From NCBI RefSeq assembly GCF_000195755.1, contig NC_002937.3, positions 2,760,001-2,792,000 on the forward strand: a DNA stretch of 32,000 nt, in the 5' to 3' direction. The notes under the pieces are model-generated. The model was not told the DNA's origin and did no database searches. It worked only from the letters and a program-made list of their open reading frames with translations. Within the stretch, counting starts at the first letter, position 1. Every line of letters starts with the position of its first letter. This DNA is from Nitratidesulfovibrio vulgaris str. Hildenborough (GTDB lineage: Bacteria; Desulfobacterota; Desulfovibrionia; Desulfovibrionales; Desulfovibrionaceae). A program made the translations under genes and the position numbers. Below, piece by piece: positions 24,563 through 32,000 of this stretch.

Positions 24563-25732
24563 ATGGAACATATCGCCATCATAGGCGGTGGTGGCACTGC
24601 CGCCGCCCTCGCCCACGACCTCGTGCTGCGGGGCTTCGCCGTCAGTCTCTTCGAACGTGGGGAGTTCTTCTCCGGGGCCACCGGCAGGCATCATGGCCTG
24701 CTGCACAGCGGAGGCCGCTATGCCGTCAACGACAAGGAAGCGGCCCGCGAGTGCATCGAAGAGAACAGGTTGCTGCGGACCCTCGTACCCGAAGCCATCG
24801 AACAGAACGGCGGACTCTTCGTCGCCATGGACGACGAAGACATGGACTACCTTCCCGTGTTCGTCGAAAGCTGCGCCGAATGCGGTATCCCCACTCGCCA
24901 GATGAGCGGGGACGCCGCCCGTGAGCTTGAACCGGCCCTCTCCGCATCCGTACGTGCCGCCGTGCAGGTGCCGGACGCCACCTTCGATGCATGGCGGCTT
25001 CCGCTGCCCTTCCTCGCCACGGCGCGCGCCAACGGGGCACAGACCCATCATTTCACCGAAGTCGTCGGCGTCCATACCCGTGCCGGGGCCGTGCACGGGC
25101 TGCGGGTACGCGACATCCGACTCGGCACGGAACGCGATGTGGCAGCTGATGTCGTCATCAACGCCGCAGGGGCATGGGCCGGGAACATCGCGGCACTGGC
25201 AGGCATCGAAGTCCCCATCCAGCCGGGGCCGGGTGTTCTGGTCGCCATCGAGGGCCGTGTCACGGAGATGGTCATCAACCGACTGCGCCGCCCCGGTGAA
25301 GGCGACATCATCGTGCCGCAGCGCATCCTCTCGGTGCTTGGCACGTCGCTATGGCTTGCGGACGCCCCCGACCGGCTGTCCATCCCCGAGGAACACGTAC
25401 AGCGCATGGTCGACAACTGTTCGCACATGGTACCAGCCTGTGCCGACAGGCCCAGACGCTCTGCATGGAGTGCCGCGCGTCCGCTCATCCGCGACCCCGG
25501 TGCCTCCCGACTGCAGGACATCAGCCGCACCTTCGACTGCTACGACCACGGCAAACGCGACGGCGTACGCGGGTTCTTCTCCATCATCGGGGGGAAGGCC
25601 ATGACCCTGCGCGCCATGGCGGAGAAGACCGCCGACGTCATCTGCGCCAGTCTCGGCCTCGATGCCGGAGCGCATCCATGCCGCACGCGTACCACGCCCC
25701 TCCTGCCCTACAGGGCCTTCTACAGGAGTTGA
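24563..25732 (+). CDS. FAD-dependent oxidoreductase, DAO/GlpA (glycerol-3-phosphate dehydrogenase-like) family
   Basis: N-terminal dinucleotide fold IAIIGGGGTAAALAHDLVLRGFAVSLFE, then SGATGRHHGLLHSGGRY as in GlpA/GlpD. VINAAGAWA is present. It is shorter than GlpA (no C-terminal BFD/Fe-S domain). GGAG upstream. Confidence 0.75.
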   Translation: MEHIAIIGGGGTAAALAHDLVLRGFAVSLFERGEFFSGATGRHHGLLHSGGRYAVNDKEAARECIEENRLLRTLVPEAIEQNGGLFVAMDDEDMDYLPVFVESCAECGIPTRQMSGDAARELEPALSASVRAAVQVPDATFDAWRLPLPFLATARANGAQTHHFTEVVGVHTRAGAVHGLRVRDIRLGTERDVAADVVINAAGAWAGNIAALAGIEVPIQPGPGVLVAIEGRVTEMVINRLRRPGEGDIIVPQRILSVLGTSLWLADAPDRLSIPEEHVQRMVDNCSHMVPACADRPRRSAWSAARPLIRDPGASRLQDISRTFDCYDHGKRDGVRGFFSIIGGKAMTLRAMAEKTADVICASLGLDAGAHPCRTRTTPLLPYRAFYRS

Positions 25733-25733
25733 C

Positions 25734-26453
25734 ATGCCCGACACCCCGGTAACCTTCAAGGTCTTCCGTTGCGCCCCCGGTGGCGAAGCCTCACGTTTCG
25801 ACACCTTCGAGGTCGCCGTCCCCGGTCACGCCTCCGTGCTTGACGCACTAGACGCCATCCGCGTGGATATCGACCCCACGCTCGTCTACCGCCACTCATG
25901 CCACCACTCCAGTTGCGGGACATGTGCCATGCGCATCAACGGGCGCGACCGTCTTGCCTGCATAACCCCGGCCCACGAAGCCGCAGCGGAGTCGTCCGTG
26001 CAAGGCACGGTCACGCTGGAACCCTTGCGGGGCCTCCCCCTGCAAGGCGACCTCATGGTGGACATGCGCGCCTTCTATAGGCACTTCGACGAGCACTGGA
26101 GCACCCTGCGTCCTTCAGAAGGACGGGCACAGGCTGCCTTGCCCGCCGGAATCGAGCGGTTCACGCGTCTTGAGAACTGCATCGAATGTGGTTGCTGTGT
26201 CTCGGCCTGCCCTGTCACCGGCACAGAGACCGGCGACGGAACGTCTTTCGCCGGGCCTGCCGTACTCGCCGCCGTGCGCAGGGAAATGGGGCGCGGGCCG
26301 GATGTGCCCGAGGGACTGGCGGCCCTTGCCTTCGGCCCCCATGGTGAACAGCACTGCCAGCGGCATCTCGCCTGCAGCAGGGCCTGTCCCAACGGCGTCT
26401 ATCCCGCACGCGCCATCATGGACTTGCGGCGCATGCGGGAACGCAAGGAATGA
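25734..26453 (+). CDS. Succinate dehydrogenase/fumarate reductase-type iron-sulfur subunit (SdhB/FrdB-like)
   Basis: A 2Fe-2S pattern (CHHSSCGTCAMRINGRDRLAC), a 4Fe-4S pattern (CIECGCCVSACP), and a third cluster (CQRHLACSRACP). The ATG at 25734 lies 1 nt after the upstream TGA, with CAGGAG upstream. Confidence 0.8.
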   Translation: MPDTPVTFKVFRCAPGGEASRFDTFEVAVPGHASVLDALDAIRVDIDPTLVYRHSCHHSSCGTCAMRINGRDRLACITPAHEAAAESSVQGTVTLEPLRGLPLQGDLMVDMRAFYRHFDEHWSTLRPSEGRAQAALPAGIERFTRLENCIECGCCVSACPVTGTETGDGTSFAGPAVLAAVRREMGRGPDVPEGLAALAFGPHGEQHCQRHLACSRACPNGVYPARAIMDLRRMRERKE

Positions 26454-26674
26454 CGTAAAAGAGGAGGAGAGAAGCCGGACTGCCATCCCGAAAGGGGACC
26501 GCATGGGCCGCAACGTGTCGCTGCTGCCTCGCGCCAAGGAGGGGCGCAGCGAGGATGTATCCGGCCCGACTGTCGATGCGCTGTGTCGGCAACGCCAGCC
26601 CCAAGCGGCCCATGCTCTGGGGTTTCACGTGTCGTACACGAAGGCCGACAGCGTTGCGGCAAGCGCGCCTTGCG

Positions 26675-27427
26675 TCACCCTTTTTCCACAAGGTGGTCCC
26701 GCAGCCGTAACGGCAAACCCTGCCGCTGGGCGAACGCCCTCACTTCCGCAGCGCTGTGCAGACCAAGCTTCGCCATGAAGTTGGCACGGTGCTTTTCCAC
26801 CGTCTTTTCGCTCACCACCAGAAGGTCTGCAATCTCCCGGTTACGGAATCCTTCGGCCACGTAATGCAACACTTCGCGCTCACGCGGGGTGAGTGCCTCC
26901 CACCCGCCGGTCCGCCTGTCTTCAAGGGCCCACCCCTGTCTGCACCGTGTGGCCAGTCGCCCCGCCACCGAAGGACTCACGAAAAAACCACCTGCGAGGA
27001 CACTGCGCACTGCGAAGCGCACCTCTTCGTGGTCCGCCTCCTTGAGCAACAGACCATCCGCCCCTGCCGCGACAGCAGGGTCGAGGCAGTCGCCGCCATG
27101 CCCGCACAGGATGAGTACACGTTCGCCCCCCCCGCGGGCCCTGATGAGGCGGGCGAGAAGGACACCATCCTTCTCCGGCAGGCAACAGTCGAGCAGCAGA
27201 AGGTCAGGGCGCGCCCTGTCACACACAGTGAGGACGCCACCCCCGCTGGACACCTCGGCAACCACGGACACCCCGTCCATCACGCCGAATAACGCCTTGA
27301 GCCCCTCGCGCACCAGCGGCTGCGCGTCCGCGACCAGAATCCTGCCTCCCGGTTCCACACTTTCCCCCGTTACGATGGACAATACGACCCATGCACCGTC
27401 TTGTACGGTGCGCCAACGCGCCGACAT
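26675..27427 (-). CDS. Response regulator, NarL/FixJ (LuxR-type HTH) family, with an atypical receiver
   Basis: The receiver has ILVADAQPL...LLLLDCCLP...LLLKEAD. The C-terminal LTPREREVLHYVAEGFRNREIADLLVVSEKTVEKHRANFMAKLGL is a LuxR HTH. The start is the ATG at 27427, or the GTG at 27358, which has a better RBS (GGGGGAAA). Confidence 0.85.
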   Translation of the reverse strand: MSARWRTVQDGAWVVLSIVTGESVEPGGRILVADAQPLVREGLKALFGVMDGVSVVAEVSSGGGVLTVCDRARPDLLLLDCCLPEKDGVLLARLIRARGGGERVLILCGHGGDCLDPAVAAGADGLLLKEADHEEVRFAVRSVLAGGFFVSPSVAGRLATRCRQGWALEDRRTGGWEALTPREREVLHYVAEGFRNREIADLLVVSEKTVEKHRANFMAKLGLHSAAEVRAFAQRQGLPLRLRDHLVEKG

Positions 27428-27608
27428 GAACGCCTGTCAGATATAGGTATCAACCTACCACAAAAATACTGTCTACGCCAACCATCATCTACTTACAGCG
27501 GCCCGTTTACATGGGTCCGCGATCCATGCTTGTAGATATAATAGGAAAAGCCCTCGTCGCGGGGCGATCAAACGCTGCCAGCTGCATTACAACCGATGGG
27601 AGGGTATC

Positions 27609-27875
27609 ATGCGGCAGTCGATCACGAGCATCACACAGTCCATGGTCCTTGGCGCGCGTCAATCGAAGAAGATCGCAGAATGTATAGGAAAACCCTATCC
27701 GACCATGATGCGCGAGCTCAACCCCTTCGACCACAGTGCGAAACTAGGGGCAGAGACCTTGCTGGAAATCATGAAGGTGACACGCAACGTTGCCGCGCTC
27801 GAATACATGGCCCGCGAACTGGGGTACAAGGTGACCCCGTGCGAGGGTGACGGACAGTTGCGCCATTGCGACTGA
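27609..27875 (+). CDS. Small HTH protein resembling phage regulatory protein CII (P2/186 CP76-type)
   Basis: 88 aa with a strong RBS (GGGAGGG, 5 nt spacer). SKKIAECIGKPYPTMMRELNPFDHSAKLGAETLLEIMKVT parallels 186 CII AKLAERAGMNVQTLRNKLNPEQPHQFTPPELWLLTDLT as I recall it. The family call is tentative. Confidence 0.55.
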   Translation: MRQSITSITQSMVLGARQSKKIAECIGKPYPTMMRELNPFDHSAKLGAETLLEIMKVTRNVAALEYMARELGYKVTPCEGDGQLRHCD

Positions 27876-28002
27876 CCCGGTTGTCCGCCATGCCGCCTGT
27901 CTTCGCCGGGGGCTACGGCCTCCGGCGAAGACAGGTCTTGCAAACCCGGCCTTTTTGAAGCAACCTTGCGCCGTTCCAACGCCACCATGCAAGGGTCGCC
28001 TC

Positions 28003-29466
28003 ATGTCGTCACCACGCATACTCATCGTCGAAGACAGCCCCTCTACGCTGCGCGAGTTGCGTCGCGCCCTCGAAACCGAACTGGGGTTCACCGTGCTGAC
28101 TGCGGGCTCACTCGCCGAAGCGCGTAGTGTGCTCGATCATCACGGGCCCGACTTCTTTCTCGCCGTTCTCGACCTTGTGCTTCCCGACGCATCCGACGGC
28201 GAAATCGTGGCCGCCGTACGCGCCTATGACATCCCGGTGGTGGTCTTCACCTCGCAATTCGACGAAGCGACACGGCACTCCATCCTCGCGCAAGACGTCA
28301 TCGACTATTTCATCAAGAACGAATGCGCCATCGGCGACCTTACGGCAGCCGTCTCGCGCCTGTGGCGCAACCGGAACACCCGGATTCTGGTGGTGGACGA
28401 CTCGACCTCGATGCGCACGTTCCTGAAGGACGAACTGCGACGCTACATGTTTCAGGTCTTCGAGGCATCGAGCGGGGCCACGGCCTTGCGACTGCTCGAA
28501 CGCAACCCTGACATCGCCGTGGTCATCACCGACTATCTCATGCCCGGCATGGACGGTCTTGAGCTCACGCGCCGCATCCGCAACCGTTGGGGACGCGAGA
28601 CCGTAGCCGTCATCGGGGTCTCGGTGCAGTCCGAGATGCCCCTGACCGTGAGCTTCATCAAGAACGGGGCCAACGACTTTCTCACCAAGCCCTTCCACCG
28701 TGAAGAACTCTACTGCCGTACCGTGATGAACGTGGAGATGGTCGAACGCTCGCGCAGCCTCATCGAGCTCAACGACCTCAAGAACCGGTTCCTCGGCATG
28801 GCGGCCCATGACCTGCGCAACCCCATCAACGGCATCAGGGGCTTCACGCGGATGCTGCTCGACGGCATCCTCGGCCCGCTCAACACCGACCAGCGCGGCA
28901 TCCTCTCCACGGTGCACGAGGCGAGCAATGACATGCTCCTCCTCGTCAACGACCTGCTCGACGTCACTGTCATCGAAAGCGGCACCCTCGAACTCGACAT
29001 CGTACCCGGCCCCTTGCAGGAACTGGTGCGCGAGCGCATCTCGTTCGCGGTGCTGGCAGCCGGGGCCAAGAACATCCAGATCATCCAGAACATCGACGAC
29101 ATCGAAGGCTGCGCCTACGACAACCGGCGCATGGCACAGGTGTTCGACAACCTGCTGTCCAACGCCATCAAGTTCACTCCCGCCGACAGTGCCGTCCGGG
29201 TCGCACTGCACAGGGAGGGAGACAAGGCAGTCTTCAGCGTGTCCGACGAAGGGCCGGGCATCAAGGCCGAGGAACGCGAGTTGCTCTTCGAGTCGTTCCG
29301 CAAGCTTTCCGCACGGCCCACCGGCGGCGAATCGAGCACGGGCCTCGGGCTTACCATCGTCAACCGCATCGTCACCGCCCATGGCGGTTCGGTATGGGTG
29401 GACGACGCCCCCGCCTCCGGTGCCACCTTCCATGTCTCGCTTCCGCTGACGCCATCTCCCGCATGA
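28003..29466 (+). CDS. Cytoplasmic REC-REC-HisKA-HATPase sensor kinase (two N-terminal receiver domains, no sensor or TM domain)
   Basis: REC1 has ILIVEDSP...VLDLVLPD. REC2 has ILVVDDST...VITDYLMPGMDG...TKP. H-box is FLGMAAHDLRNPINGI. N box is DNLLSNAIKFT. G boxes are SDEGPGI and GLGLTIV. ATG at 28003. Confidence 0.85.
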   Translation: MSSPRILIVEDSPSTLRELRRALETELGFTVLTAGSLAEARSVLDHHGPDFFLAVLDLVLPDASDGEIVAAVRAYDIPVVVFTSQFDEATRHSILAQDVIDYFIKNECAIGDLTAAVSRLWRNRNTRILVVDDSTSMRTFLKDELRRYMFQVFEASSGATALRLLERNPDIAVVITDYLMPGMDGLELTRRIRNRWGRETVAVIGVSVQSEMPLTVSFIKNGANDFLTKPFHREELYCRTVMNVEMVERSRSLIELNDLKNRFLGMAAHDLRNPINGIRGFTRMLLDGILGPLNTDQRGILSTVHEASNDMLLLVNDLLDVTVIESGTLELDIVPGPLQELVRERISFAVLAAGAKNIQIIQNIDDIEGCAYDNRRMAQVFDNLLSNAIKFTPADSAVRVALHREGDKAVFSVSDEGPGIKAEERELLFESFRKLSARPTGGESSTGLGLTIVNRIVTAHGGSVWVDDAPASGATFHVSLPLTPSPA

Positions 29467-30665
29467 CGCACGACGCCCGTCGCATCACCATCGCACCGGA
29501 CGACGCGGGTCGACGCCTCGATGCCGTTCTCGCGCCTCTGTGCCCCGGCATGGGACTGCGCGGCAGACGCAGGCTGTGCGACGAAGGGCTTGTTCTGGTG
29601 AATGGGCACCCCCGCCGCCCCGGACATCATGTGGCCACCGGTGACGAGGTCGTGCTGGTCGACGCCGCAGACGGCACGACCGGGCAAGGCAAGGCCGGGC
29701 CGAGTACGACCGGGCCGAGTACGACCGGGACAGATACGGCCGAAGCAGCCATGGCAGCCCGCACCTCGGCGGGCACGACATCGCCGGAGGGGACTGCGTG
29801 TGACGCAGAAGCCCTCCTACCCGCACCCGGCCCCGTTGCCGACCCGACAGGTCACCCGAAAGGCGAAGACCCGCTCGCCCCCCTTCGCCCCGGAGGAGAG
29901 GCCCACGCTGCGGGACTCCGCCTCATCCTCCCCCTTGACGGTGCGACAGACTCTCCTCCCCCCACGGGCGGGGTTCCCCGTCTGGTGGCCGTGTACAAGC
30001 CGGGGGGGCTGCACTCTGCCGCACTCGCGGGAGGGCGTGCGCCGAATGCCGAGAACCTGCTGCCAGCCCTGAAGCTTCTCAACAGGCTAGACGGCCCCAC
30101 GTCCGGCATCCTCATGCTGGCGGGCGACACTGCGGGTGAACGTCAATGGCGGAAAGCGGAGGATGAGGGCGGAACACGCAAGACCTACCTTGCCGTCTGC
30201 ACAGGGCGGCTTGAGAGGGGCACGGTCGTCCGCGCCGCGCTGGACACGGCACGCCGCACCGTGACGCGGGTCCGGCCCTGCGACACGGACGACAGGCTGC
30301 GCCACACCGAGGTCGTGCCGCTTGCCCACTTCAGGCTGGGCGACCTCGCGAACCTCATCACCGACGACACAGCAGGTGCACCGGCATGCGATGAGACCGT
30401 CACGCTGGTGTGCTGCCGCATCCGCAAGGGCGCACGCCACCAGATTCGTGCCCACATGGCTCACATCGGCCACCCCCTGCTGGGCGACGACGTGTATGCG
30501 GCCCCGGCATCGCCCCCTCCGGGGCGGATGCCCCTGTTCCTGCATCACAGCCGCATCACCCTGCCGGGATTCTCGGCGGCATGCCTTCCTTCATGGCTGG
30601 AATGCCTGCCCGACGCCGCAGCGGCTGCCGCCCGGCGCATCCTCCTCGACGACGAGAGGCCCTGA
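29463..30665 (+). CDS. RluA-family pseudouridine synthase with an S4 domain and a low-complexity insertion of about 100 aa
   Basis: An S4-like N-terminus (GRRLDAVL...LVLVNG..RRPGHHVATGDEVVL), the catalytic motif NRLDGPTSGILML, KTYLAVCTG, and GARHQIRAHMAHIGHPLLGDDVY. ATGA overlap with the upstream kinase stop. Confidence 0.8.
   Translation: MTHDARRITIAPDDAGRRLDAVLAPLCPGMGLRGRRRLCDEGLVLVNGHPRRPGHHVATGDEVVLVDAADGTTGQGKAGPSTTGPSTTGTDTAEAAMAARTSAGTTSPEGTACDAEALLPAPGPVADPTGHPKGEDPLAPLRPGGEAHAAGLRLILPLDGATDSPPPTGGVPRLVAVYKPGGLHSAALAGGRAPNAENLLPALKLLNRLDGPTSGILMLAGDTAGERQWRKAEDEGGTRKTYLAVCTGRLERGTVVRAALDTARRTVTRVRPCDTDDRLRHTEVVPLAHFRLGDLANLITDDTAGAPACDETVTLVCCRIRKGARHQIRAHMAHIGHPLLGDDVYAAPASPPPGRMPLFLHHSRITLPGFSAACLPSWLECLPDAAAAAARRILLDDERP
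29696..29730 (+). repeat. 15-bp in-frame tandem duplication (CGGGCCGAGTACGAC x2.3) encoding GPSTT-GPSTT-G
   Basis: Direct reading: units at 29696-29710 and 29711-29725, then a partial unit. Confidence 0.85.
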
Positions 30666-30678
30666 CCCCGCTGCCGCA

Positions 30679-32000
30679 TCAGGGCATGGCTGCCGCCAGA
30701 CGCAACAGCACCCGCTCCAGTTCGCCCAGTTCGATGGGTTTGGGGATGTAGGCGCTCATGCCTGCCGCGAGAAAGCGCTCGCGGTCGCCCTCCATGGCGT
30801 GGGCCGTGAGCGCCACCACCGGCGGCAACGCACGCGCCTGTTCGCCGGCTTCGGCGCGAATGCGCGCGAGGGCCTCCAGTCCGTCCAGTTCGGGCATCTG
30901 GATGTCCATGAGTACGCAGTCGAAACGGCCCTCCCGCAGGGCTTCGACGGCTTCCAGCCCGTTGGTGACGCAGACGGCCTCATGTCCCAGATGATGCAGG
31001 CAACGGCTGAGGGTCATTCTGTTGACCGCCTCGTCCTCGGCGACAAGCACCTTGAGAGGGCGACGCAGCGCAGGGGTGCTGTCCATGACGTCGCAGGTCA
31101 CCCCGCCACCGGAGGGAAGCCTGAACGGCAGGCAGACATGCACCGCCGTGCCCTCTCCCAGAGCGCTCTCGACGTTGAGCCCCCCGCCCATGAGATGCAC
31201 GAGGCGGCGTACGATGCCAAGCCCGAGCCCCGTCCCCGAATATCTGCGCGTCGTCGAACCGTCGAGTTGCGTGAAAGGCTCGAAGATGGACATGAGCCGG
31301 TCGTGGGGAATCCCTATGCCGGTATCGGATACGGAGAACAACAGCCGCACGCTCTCTTCCGTACGCCTCACGGCGCACACCTCGACCCCCACAGTCCCCT
31401 CGTGCGTGAACTTCATGGCATTGCCGAGCAGATTGAAGAGTATCTGCCGCAGCCTGGTACCGTCTCCCCACACCTCGCAGGGCAGTTCGTCACAACGCCA
31501 CCGCAGGCGAAGCCCCCTGATGCGCGCGTCCTGCGCGAACATGTCGTACACCTGCCGCACTGCCTCTTCAGGTGAAAAGCGGTCGTGCCGCAATTCCATG
31601 CGTCCGGCTTCGATGCGCGACAGGTCGAGGATGTCGCTGAGAACCCGCAGAAGCGTGCGCCCCGAATCGAGGGCGATGTGCACAAGTTCGTTCTGGTCAC
31701 GGTCGAGGTCGCCCGCCTCCAGCAACTGGAGCATCCCCAGCATGCCGTTCAACGGTGTCCGCAGTTCGTGACTCATGTTGGCAAGGAACTCGCTCTTGGC
31801 CCTGTTGGCCGATTCCGCATGCTCCTTGGCGAGTGACAGCCTGTGCAACGAGCGACGACGTTCGAGGTGTTCGAGCATCCCGCGCATGAGCAGGTCGAGT
31901 TGTTTGATGTCGGCACGGGTGAAGGGAGTAGGCTTGTCGAGCAATACGGCCACAGCCCCAAGTCTGCCGTCGAGCCTGACCGGGACGGCAAGATGCCGGG
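30679..32000 (-). CDS. Hybrid sensor histidine kinase/response regulator (end of a GAF-like domain, HisKA, HATPase, REC); the N-terminus lies beyond the window
   Basis: H-box [21 protein letters not shown] box [12 protein letters not shown] boxes SDTGIGI and GTGLGLGIV, and C-terminal [15 protein letters not shown]...[12 protein letters not shown]...PKP. I checked that the frame stays open from 31953 to the window edge ([23 protein letters not shown]). Confidence 0.85.
   Translation of the reverse strand, partial: RHLAVPVRLDGRLGAVAVLLDKPTPFTRADIKQLDLLMRGMLEHLERRRSLHRLSLAKEHAESANRAKSEFLANMSHELRTPLNGMLGMLQLLEAGDLDRDQNELVHIALDSGRTLLRVLSDILDLSRIEAGRMELRHDRFSPEEAVRQVYDMFAQDARIRGLRLRWRCDELPCEVWGDGTRLRQILFNLLGNAMKFTHEGTVGVEVCAVRRTEESVRLLFSVSDTGIGIPHDRLMSIFEPFTQLDGSTTRRYSGTGLGLGIVRRLVHLMGGGLNVESALGEGTAVHVCLPFRLPSGGGVTCDVMDSTPALRRPLKVLVAEDEAVNRMTLSRCLHHLGHEAVCVTNGLEAVEALREGRFDCVLMDIQMPELDGLEALARIRAEAGEQARALPPVVALTAHAMEGDRERFLAAGMSAYIPKPIELGELERVLLRLAAAMP

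Noticed and set aside
23994-24584. 196-aa plus-strand ORF (and the 170-aa minus-strand ORF 23833-24345) in the leader upstream of the flavoprotein gene.
   Set aside because: The translations are Pro/His/Thr/Arg-rich and low in complexity. They overlap the ends of the flanking real genes, have no RBS, and have no recognisable domain. The region is treated as noncoding leader.
26454-26674. Strong SD-like AAGAGGAGGAGAG right after the Fe-S subunit stop, suggesting a downstream gene.
   Set aside because: There is no start codon at a usable distance. The only ATG-initiated frame (from about 26511) is low-complexity and runs antisense into the response-regulator gene.

Overview
High-GC chromosomal window. 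Its gene content looks like a Desulfovibrio/Desulfovibrionaceae-type deltaproteobacterium, which is an inference: no search was possible, and all family calls come from reading the translations. I support about 31 protein genes, almost all housekeeping or regulatory.

Gene order, left to right:
- htpG 3' end.
- A minus-strand ridA / D-cysteine-desulfhydrase-family / NhaC-transporter / GntR-regulator cluster, with a double TGTCGACA operator in its promoter.
- A lower-GC islet at about 5.0-7.9 kb (described below).
- A PBP5-type DD-carboxypeptidase with a long Lys-rich tail.
- queC-queE-queD.
- A Tat-exported multicopper-oxidase-fold protein that has lost all copper ligands, followed by an orphan solute-binding protein.
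- pstS-pstC-pstA-pstB plus a translationally coupled HAD protein.
- glmU.
- zapB-zapA, a candidate 6S RNA, then rny.
- A UPF0126 membrane protein.
- A DAO/GlpA-type flavoprotein paired with an SdhB-type Fe-S subunit, behind a 555-nt leader.
- A signalling cluster: LuxR-type response regulator, small phage-CII-like HTH protein, REC-REC-histidine kinase, RluA-family pseudouridine synthase, hybrid histidine kinase running off the window.

The most unusual part is the islet at about 5.0-7.9 kb. It holds a 169-bp noncoding tandem repeat (3.5 copies) built around a GGAGGC/GCCTCC hairpin module. That module recurs at about 457-505 and as a decayed relic at about 7818-7866. The islet also holds two paralogous orphan proteins (183 and 193 aa) that I cannot assign to any family. 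Each has its own terminator, and one sits behind a good sigma-54 promoter match.

No rRNA, tRNA, CRISPR array, transposase or integrase was seen. Many long antisense shadow ORFs typical of high-GC DNA were rejected.
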